Shown: piece after piece, positions 46,286 to 55,050 of the stretch
Layout: the number at the start of each line of letters is the position of its first letter
Numbering within the stretch: the stretch's first letter is position 1
Source of the DNA: Candidatus Shapirobacteria bacterium
GTDB lineage: Bacteria > Patescibacteriota > Microgenomatia > UBA12405
Direction: 5' to 3'
Length of the DNA: 64,000 bases
Assembly (NCBI GenBank): GCA_041665485.1
Contig: JBAYIT010000005.1
Coordinates: forward strand, 1,974-65,973
Program-made: the position numbers and the translations under genes
Notes under the pieces: model-generated
The model's input: only the letters and a program-made list of their open reading frames with translations
Database searches by the model: none
What the model was told of the DNA's origin: nothing

Positions 46286-47729
46286 CCTTATAGGCTATTA
46301 TAGCATCGTTTATAGCAAAATCAACATAGGGCTTAAAAGTCAGGCCACATTCATTACCCATTTTGATTTCTTCAACGACGTTTTTGCCTTGTCTGATACC
46401 CTCGATTTTGGTGTCTTTAATTATTTTACCGTCGCGACTTAAATGAACCTGATCACCTTTGGCCAAGCGACCTTTGGTAATTTCAAGGCCAGCAATCCTA
46501 ACCTTGTCGATTTTGAATTCGGCGGTGATTTTGGCTTCACCAAGAGTAGTTTCTTCGATAGTTGGGTCAAGAAGCTTGAGAACCTGAGACTGAATGTTTT
46601 CAATGATTTCGTAGATTATTTTAGATTCAAAGATAGGTACTTTTTCATTATCAGCTAGGTTTTTGATAAAGCGGGGAACAGAAACATTAAAAGCAAATAT
46701 TTGAGCACGACTTGGAGAAGCCAAAAAAACATCATTATCGGTTACGGCTCCAATACCTTGAGAAAGGATAATGACATCGTCTGAAAGTGAGGCTTTGAGG
46801 GCTTCGAGAGTACCTTCAACATCTGCCTTGAGAACTATTTTAAGTTTGGGAGTGTCGGAGATAGTGGGTGAAATTGTTTGATTTTCGACTTTAGAAAGTA
46901 ATGGAGTACTTTCTGTTTTTTGGGAAGAGATAATTGACCCAACTGAAGGCACTTCTTCAAAGCCAAGGATTTCTAGCGGGTCGCCGGGGAGAGCAATATT
47001 AATTTTTTGGCCGTCGGTGCCAGTCATAGCTTTAATCCGGCAGACAATGTTGCCGGCGTAAATAGTATCTCCGACGGTCATTTTTCCTGTTTTAACGATG
47101 ACTGAAGCGATTGGACCGCAGGACTTATCGAGGCGAGATTCGTAAATGAAAGCGGAAAGTGGCGAAGTGGCTCCGTCGGTTAGCTCCATAACATCGGCGT
47201 GAAGTAAAATTGATTCGAGCAATTTATCAACTCCCTGGCCGGTTTTGGCTGAAACAGGAATTAAGGCGACTTGGCCACCATATTCTTCAGGAGTTAGCCC
47301 GGCTTCAACCAATTGGCCCTTAATTTTTTCCGGCTGGCTATTTTCAAGATCAATTTTGTTCATGGCAACAATGACAGGGACGCCGGCTTTAGTGATCTCT
47401 TTTATACACTCCTTTGTTTGAGCCATAACACCGTCGACGGCAGAAATTACCAAAACAACCAGATCAGTGGTTTGAGCACCGCGAACACGCATTTGGCAGA
47501 AGGCTGCATGGCCGGGAGTGTCGATAAAGGTAATAGAACGAGGACTGCCGGAAGTGGACTTGACTTGGGTTTTGTAAGCAGAGATATGTTGGGTAATGCC
47601 GCCAAATTCTCGTTTAGTAACGTTGGCACTGCGAATTCGGTCTAAAAGGCTAGTTTTGCCATGGTCAATGTGGCCCATAACGGCGACAATAGGCGGACGA
47701 AATTGGTCGGTTTTGACTTGATTGGGCAT
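46272..47729 (-). CDS. infB: translation initiation factor IF-2 (short form starting at the G domain)
   Basis: PPIVAVMGHIDHGKTSLLD G1 motif, DTPGH, NKID. Confidence 0.92.
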   Translation of the reverse strand: MPNQVKTDQFRPPIVAVMGHIDHGKTSLLDRIRSANVTKREFGGITQHISAYKTQVKSTSGSPRSITFIDTPGHAAFCQMRVRGAQTTDLVVLVISAVDGVMAQTKECIKEITKAGVPVIVAMNKIDLENSQPEKIKGQLVEAGLTPEEYGGQVALIPVSAKTGQGVDKLLESILLHADVMELTDGATSPLSAFIYESRLDKSCGPIASVIVKTGKMTVGDTIYAGNIVCRIKAMTGTDGQKINIALPGDPLEILGFEEVPSVGSIISSQKTESTPLLSKVENQTISPTISDTPKLKIVLKADVEGTLEALKASLSDDVIILSQGIGAVTDNDVFLASPSRAQIFAFNVSVPRFIKNLADNEKVPIFESKIIYEIIENIQSQVLKLLDPTIEETTLGEAKITAEFKIDKVRIAGLEITKGRLAKGDQVHLSRDGKIIKDTKIEGIRQGKNVVEEIKMGNECGLTFKPYVDFAINDAIIAYKDEKL

Positions 47730-47740
47730 ATTCGTATTTA

Positions 47741-47781
47741 CGTCATTGCGAGGAATTCTAATTTACGACGAAGCAATGACG
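47741..47781. repeat. REP-like palindromic dispersed repeat, copy d (reverse orientation; perfect 9-bp arms cgtcattgc / gcaatgacg)
   Basis: cgtcattgcgagg-aattctaatttacga-cgaagcaatgacg in the 53-bp nusA-infB spacer. Confidence 0.6.
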
Positions 47782-47782
47782 T

Positions 47783-48769
47783 TTAGGTTTTTTCGGCTTG
47801 AACTTTGATTTCAACTCCGGCTAAAATTCCAGCTAAATGGACGTTGTCACCACCGGAACCAATAGCCAAGGCTAATTGATTTTCAGGAACGGTGACAAAA
47901 GCAGTTCCGTTTTCGACAGAAACAACCTTAACACCTTCAGCCGGTGATAAGGCCTGGGCAATAAATTGAGACAGATTTTTGGAGAATTGAATAACATCAA
48001 CCTTCTCTTCATGGGAAAGTTCGCCAAGAATTGACTGAACGCGGGAGCCTTTTTGACCAATACAGGAACCAATTGGGTCGATCCCGGCTTCCTTGGAAGA
48101 GACAGCAACTTTAGTTCTGACGCCGGCGTTGCGGGCAATTTTTTCAACAATAACGGAACGATTGCCAACTTCGGGAACTTCCCTAGCAAAGAGCTGTTTT
48201 ATAAATTCGGGGTCACGGCGGGAAAGAATAATATCGCTTCGGCCACTTTCGTCTTTAATAATATCCTTAATAAGGAAGAGTTTTTTATCGCCAACGGCCA
48301 AGTCTTCAGCTTTAACCTGTTCTTCACGGGGGCAAATGGCCTCAATTCGACCGACGCCAACAGTTTGTTTGAATCCGTCAATTTTGAGAATGGTGCCAGA
48401 AATCAGGGCGCCAATTTTCTTTCGATATTCAGTTAAAATGGTTTCTTTTTCGGCCTCATGAATGCTTTGATCAATAACTTGTTTGGCAGTCTGGGCAGCG
48501 ATGCGACCAAAGCCGGGAGGAGTAACATCTTTTCTTTTGTCGTCGTCGACTTCAACTATCTTAAAAGACCCTGTTTCCGGGGAGAGTTCGGCTTCAAATT
48601 TAGTTTCTTCATCAATAATTGTTCCGTGTTCTTTTTGGTCACGCTTGTAAGCAGAAATTAGGCCAAGCTCGATGGAATCCAAAATTAACTGAACATCAAT
48701 GTTTCTTTCGCCGGCAATTTGAGCAACGGCGGCGGCAAACTCGGTTTTAGGTAATTTTTTTAAATCCAT
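47783..48769 (-). CDS. nusA: transcription termination/antitermination factor NusA
   Basis: 328 aa; N-terminal domain, S1 and KH domains. Confidence 0.9.
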   Translation of the reverse strand: MDLKKLPKTEFAAAVAQIAGERNIDVQLILDSIELGLISAYKRDQKEHGTIIDEETKFEAELSPETGSFKIVEVDDDKRKDVTPPGFGRIAAQTAKQVIDQSIHEAEKETILTEYRKKIGALISGTILKIDGFKQTVGVGRIEAICPREEQVKAEDLAVGDKKLFLIKDIIKDESGRSDIILSRRDPEFIKQLFAREVPEVGNRSVIVEKIARNAGVRTKVAVSSKEAGIDPIGSCIGQKGSRVQSILGELSHEEKVDVIQFSKNLSQFIAQALSPAEGVKVVSVENGTAFVTVPENQLALAIGSGGDNVHLAGILAGVEIKVQAEKT

Positions 48770-48780
48770 ATTTTGTTGAG

Positions 48781-48811
48781 CAACAAAAATGGGGACGATT
48801 CCGCCCCCATT
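48781..48811 (-). terminator. hairpin plus U-run downstream of dnaJ, in the nusA leader (terminator or attenuator)
   Basis: aatgggg-acgattccgc-ccccatt; the minus strand then reads UUUUUGUUG (rc of 48781-48789). Confidence 0.45.
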
Positions 48812-48838
48812 CCGCCGCTTCAGATTAAATTCTTAGAT

Positions 48839-48853
48839 AGGAGGATTATAACA
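48839..48853 (-). promoter_or_regulatory. conserved motif TGTTATAAT-CCTCCT about 76 nt upstream of nusA
   Basis: Plus strand aggaggattataaca; third copy of the 15-nt motif. Confidence 0.35.
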
Positions 48854-48870
48854 CCGCCAGAGCTTTAAAA

Positions 48871-49734
48871 CTACAAAGCCAATTCCTTGAGTAAATCTTT
48901 TTGCCGAGAATTCAAACGGGTGGGGATGGTAACGAGAAGACGGATATAGAGATCGCCAACACCATAGCCGTTAACATCCCGAATCCCTTGCCCTTTAAGG
49001 CGAATAAGAGTGTGGGGTTGAGTGCCGGGTTTAACCCGAACTTTGAGGGGACCAGAAAGGGTGGGAACTTCAATGTCGGCGCCAAGAGTGGCGGTCCCAA
49101 AACTGATTTCTTGATTAACAAAAACATCGTTGCCGTCGCGCTTAAAAATTTTATCAGGGAGAACATTAATATAAAGAATAAAGTCGGAAAACTTAATTCT
49201 TTGACCATCATCAACGCCGGCAGGGATTTTAATACTTTTAGTTTTACCGTCGATACTAACCTCTTTTTGACAACCTTTAGCGGCATCTAAAAAAGAAATA
49301 TCAACCCGATAGGTGGCCAATTGCTGTTGGCGCCGGCCACCGTTGAAGTTACCACCACCGCCAAAAAATTGCTCAAAAATATCAAAGGGATTACTAAAAC
49401 CACCAAAGTCAAAATCGGCATTGCCAAAAGGGCTACCACCGCCACTACTCCAGGTGTAGGAGAAGGGGCCGTTTTGGTCGGTATAAGTGTGGCCACCAAA
49501 TCCGCCAGAGCTTGGGTCAAAAGCAGCGTGGCCGAATTGATCGTAGGCACCCTTCTTTTGATCGTTACTTAAAACTTCATAGGCCTCGTTGATTTCTTTA
49601 AATTTTTCCTCAGCGTCGGGCGATTTATTGCGGTCAGGGTGCCACTCGAGGGCTTTTTTGCGATAGGCGCTTTTAATATCCTCTTTCGAGGCCGATTTAG
49701 TTACTCCCAAAACATCATAAAAATCGGGTTTCAT
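48871..49734 (-). CDS. dnaJ: DnaJ-family co-chaperone lacking the CxxCxGxG zinc-finger domain (CbpA-like)
   Basis: J domain with HPD ([13 protein letters not shown]), G/F-rich region, C-terminal substrate-binding domains; no Cys repeats. Confidence 0.85.
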   Translation of the reverse strand: MKPDFYDVLGVTKSASKEDIKSAYRKKALEWHPDRNKSPDAEEKFKEINEAYEVLSNDQKKGAYDQFGHAAFDPSSGGFGGHTYTDQNGPFSYTWSSGGGSPFGNADFDFGGFSNPFDIFEQFFGGGGNFNGGRRQQQLATYRVDISFLDAAKGCQKEVSIDGKTKSIKIPAGVDDGQRIKFSDFILYINVLPDKIFKRDGNDVFVNQEISFGTATLGADIEVPTLSGPLKVRVKPGTQPHTLIRLKGQGIRDVNGYGVGDLYIRLLVTIPTRLNSRQKDLLKELAL

Positions 49735-51638
49735 TATTTGACGATTTCGCCTTCTTCGGCGTCCTTTTTATCCTCGGGCTTTTTGTCGTCCGATTTTGAC
49801 TCTTCAGTGGAGCCTGCTGAAGGCCCGGTTTGACCGGGCTGGGAATAAACCGCTTGGCCGACGGTTTGAAGAATTTGACCTAATTCTTCACTGAATTTGT
49901 CCATTTCGTCTTTTTTGACGTCAGTTTTAGTAAGTAATTCCCGGCCGGCTTTAAGTTTCTCCTCGATTTTGTCTTTGTCTTCTGGCTTGACCTTATCGGC
50001 AAAATCTTTAAGAGTTTTTTCGCCGGAGAAAATAGTTGCATCAAGTTTGTTGCGACTTTCAGCTAGGCCACGTTTTTCTTCATCGTCCCGAGCGTGAGCC
50101 TCGGCATCTTTTTTCATCCTCTCGACTTCTTCTTCGGAAAGATTGGTGGCATTTTGAATAGTAATTTTTTGTTCTTTACTAGTTCCCTTGTCTTTAGCGG
50201 AAACAGAAAGGATTCCATTACTATCAATGTCAAAAGTTACCTCAATTTGGGGTGTACCACGAGCCGCGGGAGCAATGCCATCAAGAATAAAACGGCCGAG
50301 AGATTTGTTGTCGGCACTCATGGGACGTTCCCCCTGAAGAACGTTTATCTCTACTTGGGGCTGATTATCAGAATAAGTAGTGAAGACTTGCGATTTTTTG
50401 GTGGGAACGGTGGTATTACGGTCGATAAGAGGTGTTCTAACCCCACCGGCGGTTTCAATACCTAATGTTAGTGGGGTAACGTCGAGCAAGACAATATCTT
50501 TAACTTCGCCAGTTAAGACTGCCCCTTGAACAGCGGCGCCAATAGCAACAACCTCATCTGGGTTAACAGTGGTGTCAAGATCTTTGCCAAAAAAGTTTTT
50601 GACGACCTCGAGAACCTTGGGCATGCGGGTCATTCCCCCAACCATAACAATATCACTGATGTCTGATTTAGAAACACCGGCGTCTTTAAGGCATTTCTCA
50701 ACCGGAGTAATGGTCTTTTGAATCAAGTCGTCAACCAACTTTTCCATTTCCGAACGAGTCAACTTGACCGTTAAGTGAAGTGGCTGTCCATCTTTTTGGG
50801 TAATAAAGGGCAAATTGATTTCAGTCTCGGCAGTGCTACTTAACTCAATTTTGGCTTTCTCGGCGGCTTCACGAATACGCTGGAGAGCTTGAGGATCTTT
50901 ACTTAAATCAACACCGTGCTCTTTTTGAAAATTATCGAGAAGCCAGGAAGAGATTCTTTGATCAAAGTCGTCGCCACCCAAGAAAGTATCACCATTGGTA
51001 GCCTTGACTTCAAAGATGCCATCACCGATTTCAAGAATAGAAATATCAAAAGTGCCTCCACCAAGATCATAAACAGCCACAATACCTTTCTTTTTCTTGT
51101 CGAGGCCATAGGCCAGAGCGGCGGCGGTGGGCTCGTTGACAATTCTTTCTACTTTAAGACCAGCAATTTCGCCAGCTTGTTTGGTGGCTTGGCGTTGGGA
51201 ATCATCAAAGTAAGCCGGAACAGTAATAACAGCACTATCAACTCTTTCACCAAGATATTTTTCAGCATCGGCTTTGGCTTTTTGAAGAATCATGGCGGAA
51301 ATTTCTTGAGGAGTGTAAATCTTACCGCCAATCTCAACAACGGCGGTTTTGTCCTTACCGGAAACAATTTTATAGGAAGCGATTTTTTTGGTTTTTTCGA
51401 CTTCCGGATCGTCAAAACGGCGACCCATCAGGCGTTTTATACTAAAGATAGTATTTTGAGAATTAAGCACCATTTGCCGTTTGGCCAGGTCTCCGACGAG
51501 TTTTTTGATCGGCTCGACAACTGAAGGGATGGTGTTACGACCTTCAGAACTTAAAATAACTTTTGGAACGCCGCCTTCCATAACAGCGACACAGGAGTTG
51601 GTGGTACCTAAATCGATACCAATTATTTTGTTAGACAT
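49734..51638 (-). CDS. dnaK: chaperone DnaK (Hsp70)
   Basis: [22 protein letters not shown], and the other Hsp70 signatures. Confidence 0.97.
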   Translation of the reverse strand: MSNKIIGIDLGTTNSCVAVMEGGVPKVILSSEGRNTIPSVVEPIKKLVGDLAKRQMVLNSQNTIFSIKRLMGRRFDDPEVEKTKKIASYKIVSGKDKTAVVEIGGKIYTPQEISAMILQKAKADAEKYLGERVDSAVITVPAYFDDSQRQATKQAGEIAGLKVERIVNEPTAAALAYGLDKKKKGIVAVYDLGGGTFDISILEIGDGIFEVKATNGDTFLGGDDFDQRISSWLLDNFQKEHGVDLSKDPQALQRIREAAEKAKIELSSTAETEINLPFITQKDGQPLHLTVKLTRSEMEKLVDDLIQKTITPVEKCLKDAGVSKSDISDIVMVGGMTRMPKVLEVVKNFFGKDLDTTVNPDEVVAIGAAVQGAVLTGEVKDIVLLDVTPLTLGIETAGGVRTPLIDRNTTVPTKKSQVFTTYSDNQPQVEINVLQGERPMSADNKSLGRFILDGIAPAARGTPQIEVTFDIDSNGILSVSAKDKGTSKEQKITIQNATNLSEEEVERMKKDAEAHARDDEEKRGLAESRNKLDATIFSGEKTLKDFADKVKPEDKDKIEEKLKAGRELLTKTDVKKDEMDKFSEELGQILQTVGQAVYSQPGQTGPSAGSTEESKSDDKKPEDKKDAEEGEIVK

Positions 51639-51742
51639 ACTTGTTTAATTAATTTAATAACCAATAACCAAAAAACAATTTCCAAACAATTTCCAATTTT
51701 TCAAATTACAATGACCAAACTGTTTGAAATATTGAATATTGG

Positions 51743-52207
51743 TCATTGGGTATTGTTTGGAGTACTTGTAATTTGGTCATTGGTGATTGGAGTTGTTGGC
51801 TTCTTACCAACAACGACCTGGGCTGGGCGGAGGCAGTGGCCATTGAGAAGATAGCCCCGTTTATTAACTTTAATAACTTCATTTTCGGGCCCAGAAGCAG
51901 TGGCGATACACTCCATATTTTCGGCATTAAATGGCTCGTTAATGGCTTTAATTTCAGTCAAGCCTTCGGAGACAAGAACGGTAGCAAATTTATCGATGGC
52001 AATTTTAAGGCCGGGATCTTTTAAGTGGTCGAAGGCCAAATAAAGATCGTCGAGGATATCGATCATTTTACTAATGATGGCCGTAGCTGTCAGGGTAACA
52101 AAGAGCTGACGTTGGGACTCAATTCTTTTTTCGAGGTTGGCATAATCAGCCAACGATCTCTTTAGTTTTTCGGTTAATTCTTGATTTTGTAATTTAAGGT
52201 TGGCCAT
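51743..52207 (-). CDS. grpE: nucleotide exchange factor GrpE
   Basis: 154 aa; coiled-coil N-terminus and GrpE C-terminal domain; gene order hrcA-grpE-dnaK-dnaJ. Confidence 0.8.
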   Translation of the reverse strand: MANLKLQNQELTEKLKRSLADYANLEKRIESQRQLFVTLTATAIISKMIDILDDLYLAFDHLKDPGLKIAIDKFATVLVSEGLTEIKAINEPFNAENMECIATASGPENEVIKVNKRGYLLNGHCLRPAQVVVGKKPTTPITNDQITSTPNNTQ

Positions 52208-52214
52208 AATGGAT

Positions 52215-52955
52215 TTAACTGGTAATAGTGCAAATTAATTCAGCAAAATAATCAACGACCGGGATTATTCGCTGATAATGTACCCTGGCCGGGCCAACAA
52301 CGCCAAGAATTCCCCGATGAGGCCCCGATTGATAAGTTTGATAAACAAAACCACAGGGCTCAAGGTGTTCAACTCCCAGATCTTCGCCGATAAGAAGATG
52401 GATTAACTTCTCCTGGGCAATATCATCAGCAACCGTCGATTTATTGACAATGTCATACCAAAAGGAAGAATTATCAATAAGCGAGAGAACGGTTTTGGTG
52501 ACATCGATATTATAAAATTCCGGCTGTTCTAAAAGATTAGAGGCGCCGAAACTGTAGATTTGACCTTGATCGATAGTGGCAATGGCCAGAGACCGTGTTC
52601 GGCTGGCTAATTCACGGGTAGTTTCCTGAAGAAGACGATCAAATTCATTGCGATAGTCCCAGACTTTTTCTTTAACACCGATTTCTTCGGAAACCTGAAG
52701 CGATTTAGGAGTCATCAGGTTACGAACATAGTATTTAAGACCAATTGAAGTTGGGCACCGGCCGGAAGAAGAGTGACTTTTTTTAAGGTAGCCAAGTTCG
52801 GTCAAAGAGGCCATTTCGTTACGAATAGTGGCTGAGGAAACACCGAGATTAAATTTTTTCTCAAGGTTTTCTGAGCCGACGGCTTCGGCGGTGTTGATGA
52901 ATTCCTCAACAACACATTTTAAAATTTTTATTTGGCGCTGGGTTAAATCCGGCAT
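52215..52955 (-). CDS. hrcA: heat-inducible transcription repressor HrcA (short form)
   Basis: N-terminal winged helix LTQRQIKILKCVVEEF ... GVSSATIRNEMASLTELGYL; position upstream of grpE. Confidence 0.75.
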   Translation of the reverse strand: MPDLTQRQIKILKCVVEEFINTAEAVGSENLEKKFNLGVSSATIRNEMASLTELGYLKKSHSSSGRCPTSIGLKYYVRNLMTPKSLQVSEEIGVKEKVWDYRNEFDRLLQETTRELASRTRSLAIATIDQGQIYSFGASNLLEQPEFYNIDVTKTVLSLIDNSSFWYDIVNKSTVADDIAQEKLIHLLIGEDLGVEHLEPCGFVYQTYQSGPHRGILGVVGPARVHYQRIIPVVDYFAELICTITS

Positions 52956-52956
52956 A

Positions 52957-52983
52957 TTAGCAATATGATAAGCCGACTGCTAA
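52957..52983. promoter_or_regulatory. degenerate CIRCE-like inverted repeat TTAGCA-N15-TGCTAA immediately upstream of hrcA
   Basis: ttagcaATAtgataagccGACtgctaa matches the CIRCE outer arms (TTAGCACTC-N9-GAGTGCTAA) at 14 of 18 arm positions. Confidence 0.35.
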
Positions 52984-52989
52984 AGAGTG

Positions 52990-54168
52990 TCAAGGTAGCA
53001 AACTTGGTTCAGAAAGATTTTGGACTTTGTTGAGTTTGCCAACGATGTTACGGGATTTAGAAGATGCCGAATCAATGGCAGTACTGGCTTCGTGAAGCTT
53101 CTTTTGGGTTTTGTCCAGAAGTTCACCAAAGGTGCCAAATTCTTTACGAATAGATCCCAAAACTGCCCAAACTTCGGAAGATCTTTTTTCCACCGTTAGA
53201 ACCCGGAAGCCCATTTGGAGACTATTAAGCAAGGCAGTGATAGTGTTGGGGCCGGCGACAGTCACCCGATACTGGCGTTGGATAAAATCGATTAGAGACT
53301 GATTCTGAGTCACTTCGGCGTAAAGACCTTCAAGAGGTAAATAAAGAATGGCGAAATCAGTGGTGTGGGGTGGGTCGATGTATTTTTCAAAGATATATTT
53401 GGCTTCGCCCTTAACCCTATTTTCGAGAGCCTTGGCAACAACTTCAATTTGGGAAATATCGGCTGATTTTTGAATTTCTAGGAGGCGCTGATAGTCCTCA
53501 AGAGGGAATTTGGAATCGATTGGCAGCCAACATTGTTTTTCTCTATCGTCTTTGCCGGGGAGTTTGATGGCAAATTCAACCCGGTCATTACTGCCCGGTT
53601 TAACGGCAACGTTTTTGTCGTATTGTTCAGAAATTAAAATTTGTTCAAGTAGACTGCCAAGTTGGACTTCGCCCCAAGTTCCCCGAGTTTTAATATTGGT
53701 TAAGACGTTTCGAAGAGTATCAACACCAGTGGTTAAAGATTTAATTTCACCTAAGTTCTTGTAAACAGCCTCAAGTTGAAGACTAACTTGTTTGAAAGAT
53801 TCACCCAGTCTTTTTTCGAGAGTGTTTTGGAGTTTTTCATCAACAGTTAGCCTCATCTTTTCCAGGCTTTCGGAATTATCTTTTTGAATAAGTTCGAGAC
53901 GTTTTTCGATAGATTCCCGAACTTGGTTAAGGTTTTGGGTGATACCGAGAATTAATTGATCAAGTTTTTGAGAAAAATTATTAAAAGAAGCTCCTAACTC
54001 CTGGCGGTTTAAAGAAAATTCTTCTTTAATATTTTTTTCTAAGCGGTCGCCTGATTCAGTAATTTTCTTTTGAATTTCTTCGGAATTATTGGCCTGTTTT
54101 CTAGTAAAAATCACTGCCAAAACAGCAATGTTTAGAATAAGGGAAATGATGGTTAGGGTGAGGAGCAT
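52990..54168 (-). CDS. rmuC: DNA recombination protein RmuC
   Basis: N-terminal TM, coiled coil, RGTWGEVQLGSLLEQIL RmuC motif. Confidence 0.75.
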   Translation of the reverse strand: MLLTLTIISLILNIAVLAVIFTRKQANNSEEIQKKITESGDRLEKNIKEEFSLNRQELGASFNNFSQKLDQLILGITQNLNQVRESIEKRLELIQKDNSESLEKMRLTVDEKLQNTLEKRLGESFKQVSLQLEAVYKNLGEIKSLTTGVDTLRNVLTNIKTRGTWGEVQLGSLLEQILISEQYDKNVAVKPGSNDRVEFAIKLPGKDDREKQCWLPIDSKFPLEDYQRLLEIQKSADISQIEVVAKALENRVKGEAKYIFEKYIDPPHTTDFAILYLPLEGLYAEVTQNQSLIDFIQRQYRVTVAGPNTITALLNSLQMGFRVLTVEKRSSEVWAVLGSIRKEFGTFGELLDKTQKKLHEASTAIDSASSKSRNIVGKLNKVQNLSEPSLLP

Positions 54169-54174
54169 AGTATA

Positions 54175-54492
54175 TTATTTTATAAACTTTTTGACTTCTT
54201 GGTGGTCGCCGACAAAAACTAAAATTACTTGTTTTTCGGCATGAACAAGATAAAAAATACAGCGATAGCTCAAGTTTATACGAAACTCGCCAACTTCGTC
54301 GACTTGGTTAACTTTAAGGAACTTTTGGCTAACATTTAATTTCTTGATGTTAAGACTTGGGTATTTTGGATCGTTTGATAATAATTTAAGCTTTTGATCA
54401 AAACTCTTTTTTAAACCCTTGGGGATATTCTTGGCAAAGGACCTAGAAAATGATTTGTCAAAAAATACGCCGTAACTGGAATCAAAATTCAT
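54175..54492 (-). CDS. RelE/ParE-superfamily toxin-like protein
   Basis: 105 aa; FRINLSYRCIFYLVHAEKQVILVFVGDHQ resembles the RelE/HigB C-terminal pattern; overlaps the upstream Panacea-domain gene by 11 nt. Confidence 0.5.
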   Translation of the reverse strand: MNFDSSYGVFFDKSFSRSFAKNIPKGLKKSFDQKLKLLSNDPKYPSLNIKKLNVSQKFLKVNQVDEVGEFRINLSYRCIFYLVHAEKQVILVFVGDHQEVKKFIK

Positions 54493-55027
54493 AGGGAATG
54501 AGATTTTTTCTATTTACTAGCGGCAGTTTGTTTTCATCAATAGAGAGAGAATCACCATTATCATCAAAAAAAGTTTCGAGGGAAGAAAGTTTCTTGTCGA
54601 TTATTTGCCCCATTTTTTTGCCGTTACCGGTGGTAATACGGTAAGAATCGGTGGCATGGGACAGAGTAACTAGTTCGCTCTCACTAAGACTGGAATATTT
54701 TTCGATCAATGGATCAATGACTTGACCAACTTCTTTGGAGAGATTAATGGCTGGAGTTGAAGTTAGATGAACAAAATTACCGTCAATTTTAATTAACCCC
54801 CGCTTCTCCATGTTAGCCAACAATGATTTATAGTCGTGAATAACCGGACCGTAATTAATACCGGCGTAAGAGGCCGAAGATAGGTCTTGACCAGTTTTAA
54901 AACGGTAGCCAAACTCAACAAAAAAGGCAATTTTATTAAGCTTTAATTTGCCGCTTTGTTTAGGTTCGAGACGAGCAAGTAAATAAAGGAGATAATCCGA
55001 TGGGGAGAATTTGAATTTTGTAGTCAT
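54482..55027 (-). CDS. Panacea-domain (DUF4065, SocA/PanA-like) antitoxin-type protein
   Basis: KLNKIAFFVEFGYRFKTGQDLSSASYAGINYGPVIHDY matches the Panacea core (KLqKLlYf ... YGPV). Confidence 0.6.
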   Translation of the reverse strand: MTTKFKFSPSDYLLYLLARLEPKQSGKLKLNKIAFFVEFGYRFKTGQDLSSASYAGINYGPVIHDYKSLLANMEKRGLIKIDGNFVHLTSTPAINLSKEVGQVIDPLIEKYSSLSESELVTLSHATDSYRITTGNGKKMGQIIDKKLSSLETFFDDNGDSLSIDENKLPLVNRKNLIPYEF

Positions 55028-55050
55028 GGTTACATGGCGATTTAATTATA

